DNA of 64,000 bases from Podarcis pityusensis (GCA_964106645.2 OZ067053.1), one strand, 5' to 3'. Numbered from the stretch's first letter, positions 1-12,195 are shown. Notes: generated by a model not told the origin, from the sequence alone. A program made the numbers and translations.

Positions 1-85
1 TCCAGGACATCTTGGGGCCCTTGGAGCACTTCAGGGATCAGCCCCTGACCCTGGCCCTTGCCTTGGAGGCCCTCCTCCAGCTAAG
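1..85 (+). CDS. Exon (5'-truncated by window) of a HEAT-repeat/MROH-like gene
   Basis: Reads QDILGPLEHFRDQPLTLALALEALLQL(S); ends at donor AG|GTGAG, phase 2, matching the next exon. Family assignment is by resemblance only. Confidence 0.55.
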
Positions 86-206
86 GTGAGTGGGGTCTTT
101 GGCATGGATGGGGTTGTGGGGGGGGGCAGAACTCCAGGGGGAAAGAGCAGGCGGGAGGGAGAAAGGGGCAAGGGAGACTCTAACCCTCTCCCTTTCATTT
201 CTGCAG

Positions 207-315
207 CACGATGAGGCCCAAATTCACCTCTGACATGATTAGTGCCATCCTGCACAGGATGTTGGAGGCCGTGCTGTGTGGGGCCAAGGAGGAGGAGGAG
301 GAGGAGAAGAGAGAA
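207..315 (+). CDS. Exon of HEAT/MROH-like gene
   Basis: Acceptor ttctgcag, donor GAA|GTATG; 109 nt, phase 2 to 0; TMRPKFTSDMISAILHRMLEAVLCGAKEEEEEEKRE. Confidence 0.55.
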
Positions 316-408
316 GTATGTCCTTTATTTTGACTTCCCTTCACAGGTTCTTTCTTCCTCTTCGTCACACCCTTGCAGAATCCAACTCTCTTCTCTCTTT
401 TCCCGCAG

Positions 409-492
409 GAACTGAAGAGGCACTACCGGCTTCTGCTGGGCAGTCTTCTTATGGAAGCACCCAACCCTGGCACCCTCCTCCAACTTCTCAGT
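409..492 (+). CDS. Exon of HEAT/MROH-like gene
   Basis: Polypyrimidine tract plus cgcag acceptor, GTAAGT donor; 84 nt, phase 0/0; ELKRHYRLLLGSLLMEAPNPGTLLQLLS (amphipathic helical). Confidence 0.6.
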
Positions 493-724
493 GTAAGTGT
501 CCCTATGGCATCAGGGGTGATTTTAGGGTTGTCCCCCCCCATCCCTTACCCAATGGACTGCCCCATTTCTGGGGCACAGAGCCTGTTTGCCCCCCAATTT
601 GGTCCAAGACCAAAGCTGGCAACCCCTCATGGTCCAGAAGTGCCAGGGACTCCGTGGTGGGGGCAGTGGGGGCCGCTTTGGCCCAGATTGGCCCCTGACT
701 CTGAAATGCTCTTTCCTCCTGCAG

Positions 725-829
725 GACCTCAGAGGATATGCCCTGGGGGAAAGTGGGGAGGCCCAGCAACTTGCGGCCAGCAGCATCTCTTTGCTGCTGG
801 CCATTGCCAGGAAATATCCCAAACTCAGA
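725..829 (+). CDS. Exon of HEAT/MROH-like gene
   Basis: ctgcag acceptor, GTAAGT donor; 105 nt, phase 0/0; DLRGYALGESGEAQQLAASSISLLLAIARKYPKLR. Confidence 0.6.
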
Positions 830-1141
830 GTAAGTACTTTGCCTTCTTCTATTCATTTCTTTGGTTACTTCCATCCCCCCCCCCAAGATCACATCCCCAA
901 GTGATCTTTAGCGCAGAATTTGCGGGGGGTGTCCCTGGGGGCCAGGATGAGGCCAGAGGCTTTTACTGCCCCCTTTCCTGCTGCTGCCCTTCCACCTCTG
1001 CCCAGGAGGCTGCAGGGCCCAGGGAGGTCCTCTGGAACAAGGGATTGGGCCCAAGACAGAGGGAGACCCGTCCTTCCTGATTTGGCGTTGCTTCTGTGAT
1101 CTCTTGCTCCCATCTGACCCCGATTTTTCTTTCCTCTGCAG

Positions 1142-1193
1142 ATGACAGTCGTTCGGCCGGAACTGGCCTGCTTCCGCCGGAAGCCAAAAGAAG
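1142..1193 (+). CDS. Probable exon of the same gene
   Basis: tttttctttcctctgcag acceptor, AAG|GTAAGC donor; MTVVRPELACFRRKPKE, ends in phase 1. Confidence 0.45.
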
Positions 1194-1289
1194 GTAAGCC
1201 CCACACCTTGGAGACAGCGCCCTTTGACTAAAGGCCTGTGGGAAAATCTCATTTGCATTTGCATTCTCTTCTCATTCTCTTCCATCCAG

Positions 1290-1315
1290 ATGACATCATC
1301 ATCGAGGATATATAG
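1290..1315 (+). CDS. Probable last or interrupted exon of the same gene
   Basis: Strong acceptor (ttctcttccatccag); phase-1 entry gives DDIIIEDI-stop, immediately before Copia sequence. Confidence 0.35.
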
Positions 1316-1594
1316 CCGTAACTGTCTGCAGCGACGCTGGAGCGGCTAGGATCTGAGGATCAGGAAAGCACTCAGCGCTGGCTACTGGAACAGTTTGAAC
1401 TGCTAGAGGACCACAGTAGGTGACTCACAGAGCGGCTACACCAGTTGTAGAGCCAGGCAGGACCTGAGGGTCAACAGAGGCAGCAGCTAGAAGCCGGTGA
1501 GTGCCAGTCAGGACTGCCCAGTTGGACTCTAAAGAGAGAGTCAGGAGAGATTGCTGGAGACCCCACAGAAGGGGCTCAGCAAGCACCAGCAGAG

Positions 1595-4500
1595 ATGGCA
1601 GATTTCCAGTCTTCCCAAGTTGTAAATATTGGGGGAGGCATCCCTTTTGAACTTCTCTCAGAAAGCAACTGGCTGAGTTGGTCAATAAAAATGCAGCAGT
1701 TGTTAAGGAGAGATGGACTATGGGACTGTGTTGAAACAGGTTTTGAGACAGGACTCTACTGAGAAAAGACGGCTGGATGAAAGGGCTCGTGCCCAAATTA
1801 TGCTGTGTTTGAGCAACTCTCAGTTATTGCATGTAGCAAATGCCAGCACAGCGTTTGAGTGCTGGAATTTATTAAGGGCAATGCATGTCAGAGAAAGTGC
1901 TGGAACTATAATTTCTGTGACCAAAAGGCTGTTCAGGACTGTTATGAAAGAAGGTGAGAGTTTGGCAACTCATCTTCAAACACTGAAATCTCTGTTTCTT
2001 CAACTACAACAGAGACGTAAGTGTTAGGATGAAACTGATCAAACCTACATTATCCTTTCAAGTTTGCCTGAAAGCTGGTTGCCTGTGATTAACAGCATGG
2101 AGAGTATGCGTCCCCGAGATCTGACCCTTGAGTATATGGTTGGAAGATTGACCGAAGAAGCAGAAAGAAGGTCAGACAGACAGGCTGAACTCCAAGAGCG
2201 GAGGAATTACAGCCGAGGGGGCCAGCAGCAGAATCTGCCAATGGGGCAACGCCAAGTTTGGGACTTGGGCATGGCGGTGAGGAGATGCTATAGATGCAGC
2301 CAAGCCGGGCATCTCCAATGTCAATGCAGGGCAAGACCTCCAGGAGACGACATGGAGCAGAGACAGCAATTGATGCAGAAATGTAAGCAGAAGGGGTTCT
2401 CTTCAGGGAAGAAGAACACGCGTTCTGCTCCTCTTGTGTCTGCATTTTCTCGAGAGGAGAGGAAGATACCTCGAGGAACATGGTTGCTGGACTCTGGTAG
2501 CAGCAGGATTATCTGCAACAGTCGGGAGGACTTTAAGACCCTGGGGAAGCCAGCTGATGGAAAAGACTCTATCTTGCTGATGGTCGTAGAAGCAAGATTG
2601 ATGGCCAGGGAACATGTTTCCTTCAGTGCTTCAACACTACTCTACCAGAGACTCTGTTTGTCAGCAGTTTGGACTATTGTTTACTGTCTGTAAGCTGTTT
2701 GATTAATGCAGGGTATAGTGTTAAGTTCACGCAGGATGGTTGTCTGATAAACAATGGAACTCAGGTATGTGGCCATGCAAAGTTGGAAAATGGGTTATAT
2801 GTAATGCAAGACAAGCCTGTTAAAGCAGCCCAGGTGGTTCAGGATAATTTGCCAGTTCATAAGGGGTGTGTACATGAACTGCACAGAAAACTGGGTCACG
2901 CCAATTTCCATGTGCTTTCAGAGATGCAAAAGGTGTGCAAGAACCTAAAAGTAAATAGCTGTAACTGTTTCCTAGATTGCAATGTATGTAAAATGGCCAA
3001 ATCTAAGAGGAAGCCTATGGCTTCTAAAAGTGACAGAGTATCTAAAGAGGTTTTAGAACTTGTCCATTGTGACGTGATAGGCCCTTTTCCACAGAAGACT
3101 GAAGGGGGCACCAGATATGCTTTTCTGGTAACAGATGATAAATCACGTTTTAGTTGGTTGTTTTTGTTAAAGCAGAAATCGGAGTGTTTCCCCACATTCA
3201 GAGAATGGGTTGCCCAAGCTGAAAAGCTCTTCGCTCACCCTGTTGTGCAGTTGCAAACAGATAAGGGTGGAGATTTTCTGAACAAACAATTTGGAGCATG
3301 GTTGTGACGTGAGGGGATCACTCACCGTTTGACTAACTCTTATAGCCCTGCTGAAAATGGTCTGTGTGAAAGACGTGGGGCTGTAATACAGTCAGTAAAG
3401 AATTGCCTGCTAGTGGATGCAGGATTGGGTAACAACCATAGGCTGTGGGGTGAGGCTTTCCTTACAGCAAACTTTTTGATTAATAGAACCTAGTTTAGCT
3501 CTATAAAAGATATTCCTTATTGTGTGTTGTTTGGGAAAGAACCAGAGTGGACAATGCTCTATAACTGGGGTTCTTGGGCACATGTAAATATCCCCAAAGC
3601 TCAGCACCCGAAAGGGGGCGCTAGAGCGCAGAGACTGCGGTTTGTGGGATATCAGCCCTATGCCAAAGGGTGGCGTTTCAATTTACGCCCAGAACGCGTG
3701 GTTCTGTCACGAAGTGCAGACTTTGCTGACCAGGACAGATGGACTGCGATCCATGCCAACCTAGATTGCCTACTGCTTCTGCAAGTAAGAGAAGAGGCTT
3801 CTTCTCAGCCATTGGCAACACAGGAGCAGGATGAGGAGGAGGCACAGATTTCCCCAAAAGATGTGGCAATAGATAATACTTCTCTAGAGGAAGAGGAAGA
3901 AGGGCCAGAGATAAGGGGGGAAGAAGAAGTAGTTGTGCCTAGGCACTCCCAGCGTTCAAACAAGGGTGTACCTCCTCAGCGTTTGACCCTAGGAGGAATG
4001 AAAGTATGCAGTGTGAGTTGTGTGGAACCACAAAGTTATGATGAAGTCTTAGACTTACCCCCGGGGAACGTGCTTTGTGGGAACAAGCTATGAAAGAAGA
4101 AATGGACTATTTTAAACGCAACAAAGTTTTGAGGTCATAATGCCGCCACCTGGTGGCAGAGTGGTGTCATGCAAGTGGGTTTATAAAAGGAAAACCCTTG
4201 CATCTGGGGAACCACGTTTTTGAGCCAGATTAGTAGCCAGATTAGTAGTTCACTCAGATTAAAGGGGAGAGTTATGATGAAGTGTTTTCTCCTACTGTAA
4301 AGAGTGAAACTTTTCATTTAATGCTCTCTATTGCTGCTGCAATACAACTAGCAGTGCACCATTTTGATGTTGATGCTGCATACCTGCATGCAAATTTAGA
4401 CCATGAAGTGTTAATGAGAAAACCCCCTGGGTTTGAAGAGGGGAATGGTGCAGTCTGGCATTTGAAAAAGGCTGTTTATGGTCTCAAACAAAGTGGAAGG

Positions 4501-6148
4501 TGTTGGAACCAACCAGTGTTTAAACGAAGCCCTTGTAAAACTTGGTTGTACACCAAGGGGACAGGCAACAAATATCTAATGCTCTTAGTTTTTGATTTGC
4601 TTGTAGCAGGGAGTTCCACAGATGAGATCCAGAAGCTCACAAGTCAACTGGAAAAGAAGTTTAAGCTTAAAGCCTTAGGGCCTGTAAGCAATTACTTGGG
4701 AGTAGAAGTAAGTTAGGAAGCTTCCTATTGAGCCAGAAAGAGAAAATTCTTCATTTGATAGAGCAGTTTGGCATGGAAAACTGCAAGCCAGTTCAGACTC
4801 CCATGACACCAGATTTCCCAAAGACAGTGTGTGACGATGAATTTGATCAGCCTGAGTTGTATCACTCAAAAATAGGATCACTGCTGTGTTTAAGCCAGTG
4901 GTCAAGGCCAGACGTTGCATGTGCTACAAATGTTCTGAGCCAACGTGTATCTAAACCCAGTACTGCCGATTGGTGTGCTTTGAAAAGGCTTATCGGATAT
5001 CTAAAGGGGACATTAAATGTATGTTTGAAGATATCTAGTACACAAGACGAAAAACTAGAAGGATTTGTTGATGCGGACTGGGGAAGCTGTGTAGCTACTA
5101 GAAAATCTACAAGTGGAATGGTTATGATGTTTGCCAATTCCATAATTGGATGGAGGTCAAAGAAACAAGGATTTGTTGCGACCTCATCCTGTGAGGCAGA
5201 ATATGGGAGCCTGTCACTAGCATGCAATGAAATCATGTGGTTTATACCAGTGTTTTTCAACCACTGTTCCGCGGCACACTAGTGTGCCGCGAGATGTTGC
5301 CTGGTGTGCCGCGAGATGTTGCCTGGAGGGAGGCGGGCGAGTCGGGCGGTGAGAGGCGGGGCGGTGGCGGCGAGGAGAGGCCGCCCAGCGCGGGGCTCTC
5401 GCCGTCTGCCTGCCTGGCTGCCTGCGAGCTCGGCGGGCAGCGCCTCCGTCCGCAGCGCCCGCCTCGCGGCTCTCATTCCCTGCCCCTGCCAAAGCTCACC
5501 CAGCCAAGCCGCGCTCTCCTTCCTGCCTCGCTTTGCTGCCTCCTCCCCCCCCACCCCCAAAGCTTGGAGGTTCCCCGGCGCCGACCCGCAGGTTTGACCC
5601 CCTTCTCACACCTGTTCGCGCTCCTTGCACGGAATGGGGCGGATGGGGAGGAACGGGGCTCGCCGCTGCCTCCGCTCGCCCTCCCCCCCTCCGCCGGCGG
5701 TCCCGCGATTCTTGGCTTTTTGGCGGTTGGCACAGAAGGAAGGCAAGGGGGAGGGAAAAAAATTGAAACTTACACTTTCGTGCGTCCCTCCCGGCGTGAC
5801 GCTGCGCGCTGACGTCACGGGGCTGTAATGGTGGTGTGCCTCGAGATTTTTTTCATGAAACAAGTGTGCCTTTGCCCAAAAAAGGTTGGGAAACACTGGT
5901 TTATACAGATACTAAAAGTTCTAGATTGTAAAGTAGATTTGCCTATCCAAGTGTATGAAGATAGCCAATCGTGCATTGTGTTAGCGGGCTTGGAAATAAT
6001 AAAATCCGCATCAAAACATATTGCTATCCGTCATGCAAATGTTAAAGATTGTGTACAGAATGGGGTAATCAAACTGGAGTATTGTCAATCACAGGATAAT
6101 ATTGCTGATTTGTTTACCAAGCCTTTGCCAGCAACATGCCATAATTAA
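1595..6148 (+). pseudogene. Copia gag-pol, frameshifted with multiple stops
   Basis: Gag NWLSWSIKM...GLW; Zn knuckle CYRCSQAGHLQCQC; protease WLLDSGSS; HRKLGH..CNVC; integrase LVHCDVIGP and LQTDKGGDF; RT HHFDVDAAYL, KAVYGLKQSGR; RNase H GFVDADW, SSCEAEY, YEDSQSCI, NIADLFTKPL. Confidence 0.9.
5248..5898. mobile_element. Non-autonomous hAT (Charlie-like) element nested in the Copia RNase H
   Basis: TIRs CAGTGTTTTTCAACC / GGTTGGGAAACACTG (13/15); perfect 8-bp TSD GTTTATAC (5240-5247, 5899-5906); removal restores EIMWFI-QILKV. Confidence 0.92.
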
Positions 6149-6253
6149 TTGATGACAAAACTAGGTTTATGTATATAGTGTACTGTATGTATGTATGTAT
6201 GTATGTATGTATTTGACCTGTTGGGTTTTTTCGCATATAAGAAACAGAAGGGG

Positions 6254-6564
6254 TGTCACGGCTAAAATGGCCGCTGTTTCTTTAATGCTTAAAAAAGCTG
6301 GGTCAGCATAAGTCAGCGGTCTGCACCGGGTTGTATATAGAGAGTGAGAAATGTTAGTTTGGTGTTGGGTTGGTTGGTTGGTTAGTGAAAGCTGGTAGTG
6401 TTGAGGTGTGTGCAGTTGGTCAGTCGCTTTTGCACAAAGACTTTTAAGAATAAAAGCAGAAAGCACTCTGCAAGGATATTCTTGTGGACTCTTTTATGCC
6501 GACAAGGGTCTGAGGAGACAAAGGGAGGTCAGAACCCTTTCCTTTTTTTTTACAAACACTGACA
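6254..6564 (+). repeat. Copia 3' LTR (311 bp)
   Basis: TGTCA...TGACA termini, directly after the PPT; contains TATATA and AATAAA. Confidence 0.75.
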
Positions 6565-6971
6565 GGGATCCCATCGGATGGCTTCAGGGGAAGACAAGGC
6601 TCCCGAGTAAACCCTACACAGATGCAGAGTGGAGTCCCTAAGATGGTAGGGTGGCATTTTGTAGGCCTCCTTCTGGCAACTCCTGCAGCCCAGCTGGTGC
6701 CTTATGCCTTGCTCTTCTTTCCTCTGGACCACCTCAGGGAGGCTGAGGGGGGAGGGTCTTGCTGTCTGGGCACAGGGTTGACACCTTTGCTTTTGCAAAA
6801 GACAGGGCAGGGCAGGGGGCAGAGAGAGATCCAAAAATTATTAACATTATTTTGCCTCAAAAGATCTCACGGAATTTTAGGTTTTTCCATTCCTTAGGAT
6901 ATATGATCTACTCCCTGTGTAAATCCACGTGTCAAGAAGAAAAAGAACTGGAAGAGAATGGAATAAAAATA

Positions 6972-7294
6972 CAGTGGTGCCTCGCAAGATGAAAAGAATC
7001 CGTTCTGTGATTCTCTTCGTCTAGCGGTTTTTTCGTCTTGCGAAGCAAGCCCATTGACGGATTAGCGGATTAGCGCTATTAGTGGCTTATCGGTTTATCG
7101 GATCAGCTGATAAGCGGCTTAGCGGCTTAGAAAAAGGGGGGAGGGGGAAAAACCCGCAGGAACTCGCAATACATTTTCGTCTTGCGAAGCAAGCCCATAG
7201 GAGATTCGTTTTGTGAAGCACCTCCAAAACGGAAAACTCTTTCGTCTAGCGAGTTTTCCGTCTTGCGAGGCATTCGTCTTGCGGGGCACCACTG
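6972..7294. mobile_element. Tc1/mariner-type MITE
   Basis: TIR CAGTGGTGCCTCGCAAGA / TCTTGCGGGGCACCACTG with TA on both sides; a second, inverted copy lies at 33719-34275. Confidence 0.85.
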
Positions 7295-9125
7295 TAAATA
7301 TTTTTAATGGATTACGAATAAATGCACAATAAATTGTTACTGTCTTGAATTTCATTGTCTTATTGTCTTCCATTCATTGGGACACCTTTGTTGTTACAGC
7401 CTGAAATAGAATTAGCATTTTTTGCTGCTGCATCACTCTCAGGTTTACTCATCTTAAGCTTGTGGTCCACTAAGATCCCTAGGTTTCCCTACGAGCAAAC
7501 CAGGTGTCCCTCATGTTATATTGGTGCAGCTGGTTTTTCCTGAACCTTAGATTGGCTACAGGTCCTCTTTGCTCGCCACCAGGGAGTGACCATGTCGCAG
7601 TCAGTGCTGTGGTAGATTTTACCCCAAAGTTGTTGAGTTTTAGGGTTGAAGTTGAGGTGTTTTTTTTAGGATTTTACCCCACAAAATAAACTGCTACAGG
7701 GGCTGGATTCAACCGACCGGTGGGCCAGATTAGGCCCCGAAACAGACTTTGGACATGCCTGCCAGGGTTGGACTTAGATTCTCATCGTCTGGAGGGATGG
7801 CTCTCCGTGAGAGAGGAGCTTGCCTCCACTGGAGACAAGCAGTTGCGTTGCTGAGCCGCCCTAGCTCACCACAAGTGGGAGGAAATGTCCACAGTCAATT
7901 TAGGCACACCTGCACCACAGCTGAAAATACACATTTTCAAAATCTGTTTTGCCTGCTGAAACCCTGAAGCGTAGAACTATGGAGGGTCTGTTCACTGTTC
8001 TCACCTATCATTAGACCAGGACCACATATTCTGCCTATTAGTTTTTCAGATCTAGAGTCATGTTGCTCATTTAAAAAAAAAGCCCATGTTCAATGTTTAA
8101 GCATTGCATAAAATCTGCTGACGCTTCCTTCTATCATTGTTTCTTGTTGAAAATAAGGAAAATGCCTGTGGTTTCAGGGCATCATTAGATTGCTACTGCA
8201 CTCCAGCTAAACTTCACCTCTGAATGCAGCTAACAATGCGCTTCGCTGATCAGCGATCCTACAAGTGAATAATAAAGGATATTCTAGCCTGTGTTCCTTA
8301 GTTTCAGGCACTCCAACACAGAAGCATACCCCACAAAGTGCAAAAATACTTTCTTCCAAGTAAATTGCCCTCAGATAGGAAAGTTGCACCCAGAAATGAT
8401 TGGCGGCAGCAACATAAAAGAAACGAGGCAGAAAAGAAAGCAGGGCAGAGATTAGCTGGAAGGGGCATAGGAAACAGCAAAGAACTGCAGTTAAGAGACG
8501 GGGAAAAATTGGATAACCCAAAAGCCATATGGCCAAGCAAATCGCCACCTATTCTAGTTGGTTGTGAAACCTTCACTGTGCCAGCTAGTAGAAAGGCGGA
8601 TTTCATATGTAATCGGCATGTAATCCGATCAGTATAAACATCCTATGGTTTGTCTGAAAAAACTGAAGGAGCAAGTGAAAAAAGAGGCCGTTTTTGAGAC
8701 TGGTGCAGATGGAGCTTCTTTTGCCACTGCAAGAATCTTATCTTCTTTCCCCAAAGTGCTAGGACTGAGCAGCAGAGGGCAGCCTGCACCTCCAAACCGA
8801 CATGTGGAACTGCAGGAGGAGAAAGCTTTTAGGGGAGATTGCAAAGCCTGCCATGGGTACCTCCAAGAATCCCAGGAGCTGTAGTTTGCTTAAGGGTGCT
8901 GGAACTGTAGCTCTGGGTAAGCCACAGTTCCCAGAAAGCAGGTGGGTGAGGGAGATATGCTTTAAATGCATAGTATGCCCTCTCATTTCCTGTTTTGTGA
9001 ACCAGGGCTGGGGTACCTCTTTGAGCCTGAGGGGTGCCTTCCCTTCTGCACAAGCCGCCACACGCCAGGGGCAATCATGGGTAAAGCAATGATTGCAAAA
9101 ATTACTTTTGTACAGTAGGATAGTT

Positions 9126-9370
9126 CAGGGGTCAGCAACCTTTGTCAGCCATGGGCCGGTCCACCGTCCCTCAGACCATGTGGTGGGCCAGACTGTATTT
9201 TGTGTGGGGGCTGGAATGAATTCCTATGCCCCACAAATAACCCAGAGATGCATTTTAAATAAAAGCACGCATTCTACTTATGTAAAAACACACTGATTCC
9301 CGGACCGTCCGCAGGCCGGATTGAGAAGGCAATTGGGACACATCTGGATTGAGAAGGCAATTGGGTCGCA
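9126..9370. mobile_element. hAT-type MITE, partial
   Basis: Starts CAGGGGTCAGCAA; same family as the inverted copy at 62669-62922. The right end is approximate. Confidence 0.65.
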
Positions 9371-9551
9371 TTCTCTGGAAAAGAAGAGGTGGTGGCAATG
9401 TAGATGCCCTTTGAAAGGGGGCCAGACAAATTCACGGGAAGGAGACCTACCTATGGCAACTGGCACTCCTTCTATATGAAGGCTCCGCTGCCAGTACTGG
9501 TCTGCCACGGAATACTCTTTGCTGGGATGCAGCGCACGAAAACGACAAGCC

Positions 9552-9685
9552 TAAGGTTACCAGGTGTCCCCGTTTCCCGGGACAATCCCCAGATTTACAA
9601 ATCAGTCCCCATACAAAATCCTATCACTCCTACTGAAGTTGAAAAGTGTCCCCGGATTCATTGGGGAAAAAATCTGGTAACCTTA
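9552..9685. mobile_element. hAT (Blackjack-like) MITE
   Basis: TIR TAAGGTTACCAG / CTGGTAACCTTA; perfect 8-bp TSD GACAAGCC. Confidence 0.85.
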
Positions 9686-10377
9686 GACAAGCCCCTCGTT
9701 TACTCCAGATTTCTTCCCACACTTCTGAAGGGGAAACGTCTGCTTAGGTTTTCAAGCCAAGCAGGCTCCCATTCTGAGATTCCCGGCAAACTTCTCAGGC
9801 CTCCTCCATCGCAGCTAAGCTGCCCCAGAGGTCAGATTGTACGTCAGCTTCGGTCTGCAGAAATGTGTGGGGTTGAACTGTGCACATTTCTCACTGGTTT
9901 TATTCAGCTTTGGCCAAGGGAAAGTATTTTTACAGAAGACGACAATGACGACACACACACACAGGCTGCATCCAGAGTACCCAAAAAGCTGCTATCCAAT
10001 TGGCATCATTTAAACCAGAGGTGCTCCCATATTAAGAGGCAATTGCTGATAAGCTATTGGCATAATACACCCATGTCTAAGATCACTTTAGAATTTTAAT
10101 GGCGGGATGGGGTGGGGGTTATACAAGACTGCATATAAAAATGAAACAATGGCTTATGAGCATTTCCTGGATCTAGGCTTGACAGGGTGTTGGTGTAACC
10201 TCCCAGAACAGATTTAGAGGGGAGCTAGCTAGTTCCTTTGGGCATCTCAAAGTCCTTGTGCACCTCAAAGTCCTCATGCCAGTGTAGCTGAATACGTGTT
10301 TTAGAACCTTTTTTGTGAACTGATGGAAAGGTATACAGTAGCGGTCTTCACACAAAGAACGAACAATTAAAAATCAG

Positions 10378-10383
10378 TTTATT
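10378..10383 (-). terminator. ULK1: Probable ULK1 poly(A) signal
   Basis: AATAAA on the minus strand followed by a GU/U-rich tract (TTGTTCGTTCTTTGTGTG). Confidence 0.6.
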
Positions 10384-10896
10384 TTCTTAAGTCGGCATTG
10401 TACAATTTAAAGCAAGAACGAACAAAAAAAAAAGTCACACAACATGAAATTTTAAAAAATAACAACCAACAAAAGTTATCAAGCATAACCATGTGGGGAA
10501 AAAAACCCCATACAGCACACTTTCTCACATACACGTTATCAGGGCTGAGGTTCCTTGAAATCTAGTGAGGACGCTACAAACGGGACGCTGAGACAGTAAC
10601 AAATCCATGAATGAGAGTGAATAGACTGGATTAGCCACTTCTGCTTGGTTTCCTTGCTCTCTTTCCCAAACCTCTCTTCTATTCCTTAAACAAAGCAATA
10701 AATACTAGTTTTCCCACCGAAAGCAAAACAAAAGCACACAAACCCACCCACCTGACATTTCATGCTTGCGTGCAGTTTTAAGATTGAAAAATAATATTAA
10801 AATCACCCACATGGTGGCAAAAAGAGATAGCTTGCCTCTACTATTTGTAATCCAAGCGCAGTGGCTAAATTTCAAGTATTGAGGAAAATATATCTA

Positions 10897-10930
<34 letters not shown>

Positions 10931-12131
10931 AGTTCTGTAAACCACATAATCTTTTTTTGTGTGTGATGTGAAGGACATGGGGAGAGCAACTAGGATGGTG
11001 GTGGACAACTTTTGATACATTCAAGTAACTACGTACAGCTGGAAAGTTAAATGCAGAGCTGGCAGAGAATAGGTGGCTGTGTTAAACCCCACAGCTTTTG
11101 AAAGCTGGCTTCTAAAGAACTGCCGTTCAGAAACAGCTGGGAAGGAAAAGGTAGTTTCTTTGCGAAGCGAACCTTGGAGCAAAGCTACTGGCTTGAGTAC
11201 TGGGGAGTCCGGAAGAGCAAGAAGCGATGGCTGGGGTGATGGGACCCTCTCCTAGGTCTGTGGGTCCCTATGCAGGAGGGTGAACCCAATGGAATTAAGC
11301 TTGGCAGCCCCAAGGGCCTGGGTGCCTGGCACTGACTGGAGGAAAGATGGGAGCAGGCCTGAGCAGGCGAGGACCACAGCAGCTTCTCAAGAATCCTACA
11401 TGCTGGCACTGGGCTTGGTTCACAAGCATCTCCAGTGGTGTGAACCAATTTCTTTCTCTTAAGGCTGCCATGTTGTTATGGTTCCGCTTGTCTGTTTCGC
11501 TCTCACCTGGGTCCAGTGGACCTTTTTCTACAGAACCAACTCCAAGGCTCTCAGAGATCTCGGCGCAAGGTATGTAAGAGGGTCGGCTGATTAAGGATGC
11601 AGTGTTTAGTCAAGCAGCTAGATGCACGGCTTGAAAACCTCTTGATCGACTGGGAAAAAGCACTCTCAAATTCACTGGACAACATTATTATTATTTTTAA
11701 AAGTTCTTCTAAAAATTTGAAGAGCATGCATTTTCTAAGATGGTGCTGATTGCAACACACACACACGTGCAACTGCCATCCTATTTATATGGAAAGAGAT
11801 GCAAACTCAGATGAATTGAGTTTTAAACCATTCATCTGGGTTTGCATCTGTTTCCAGCTTGGGACGACTTGAAATGCCCAGCATTAGCAGCCTATGTTTT
11901 TGCGAGGAAAAGCAGAATTATCAGGCAGTGGGGAAACATGAAAACCTGGGAAAGGATACAAATGATAAATGCAGGAACGAAGGAAGAAACACATCGTGGG
12001 GGTGATTTGAGTCTCTGCTTTTATCTACTGGTTCTGTTCCCCTGTTCTGCCTCTGGTATTGTTGCAGGCACTCGTGACCAGTTTTGTTAATATTTTGTTT
12101 GGCAGGGAGGTGTCAGAATGAATGGAGCCCA

Positions 12132-12133
<2 letters not shown>

Positions 12134-12172
<39 letters not shown>

Positions 12173-12195
12173 CGCACACACACACACATGCACAT
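12134..12195. repeat. (TG)n(CG)n(CA)n compound microsatellite
   Basis: Read directly from the sequence. Confidence 0.9.

Larger units (their letters stand above)
1316..6564 (+). mobile_element. Ty1/copia LTR retrotransposon, degenerate, 5' LTR missing
   Basis: Domain order gag-PR-IN-RT-RNase H; polypurine tract GAAACAGAAGGGG then a TGTCA...TGACA LTR at 6254-6564. The 5' boundary is approximate. Confidence 0.9.

Noticed and set aside
373-1080. 235-aa ORF as a single CDS
   Set aside because: Only 409-492 is exon-like; the rest is GC-rich intron read-through or off-frame.
5217-5896. Multiple overlapping ORFs
   Set aside because: Artefact of extreme GC content inside the MITE.
9404-10099. 231-aa + strand ORF
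   Set aside because: Runs through a TSD-flanked MITE and a CA run; no protein-like features.
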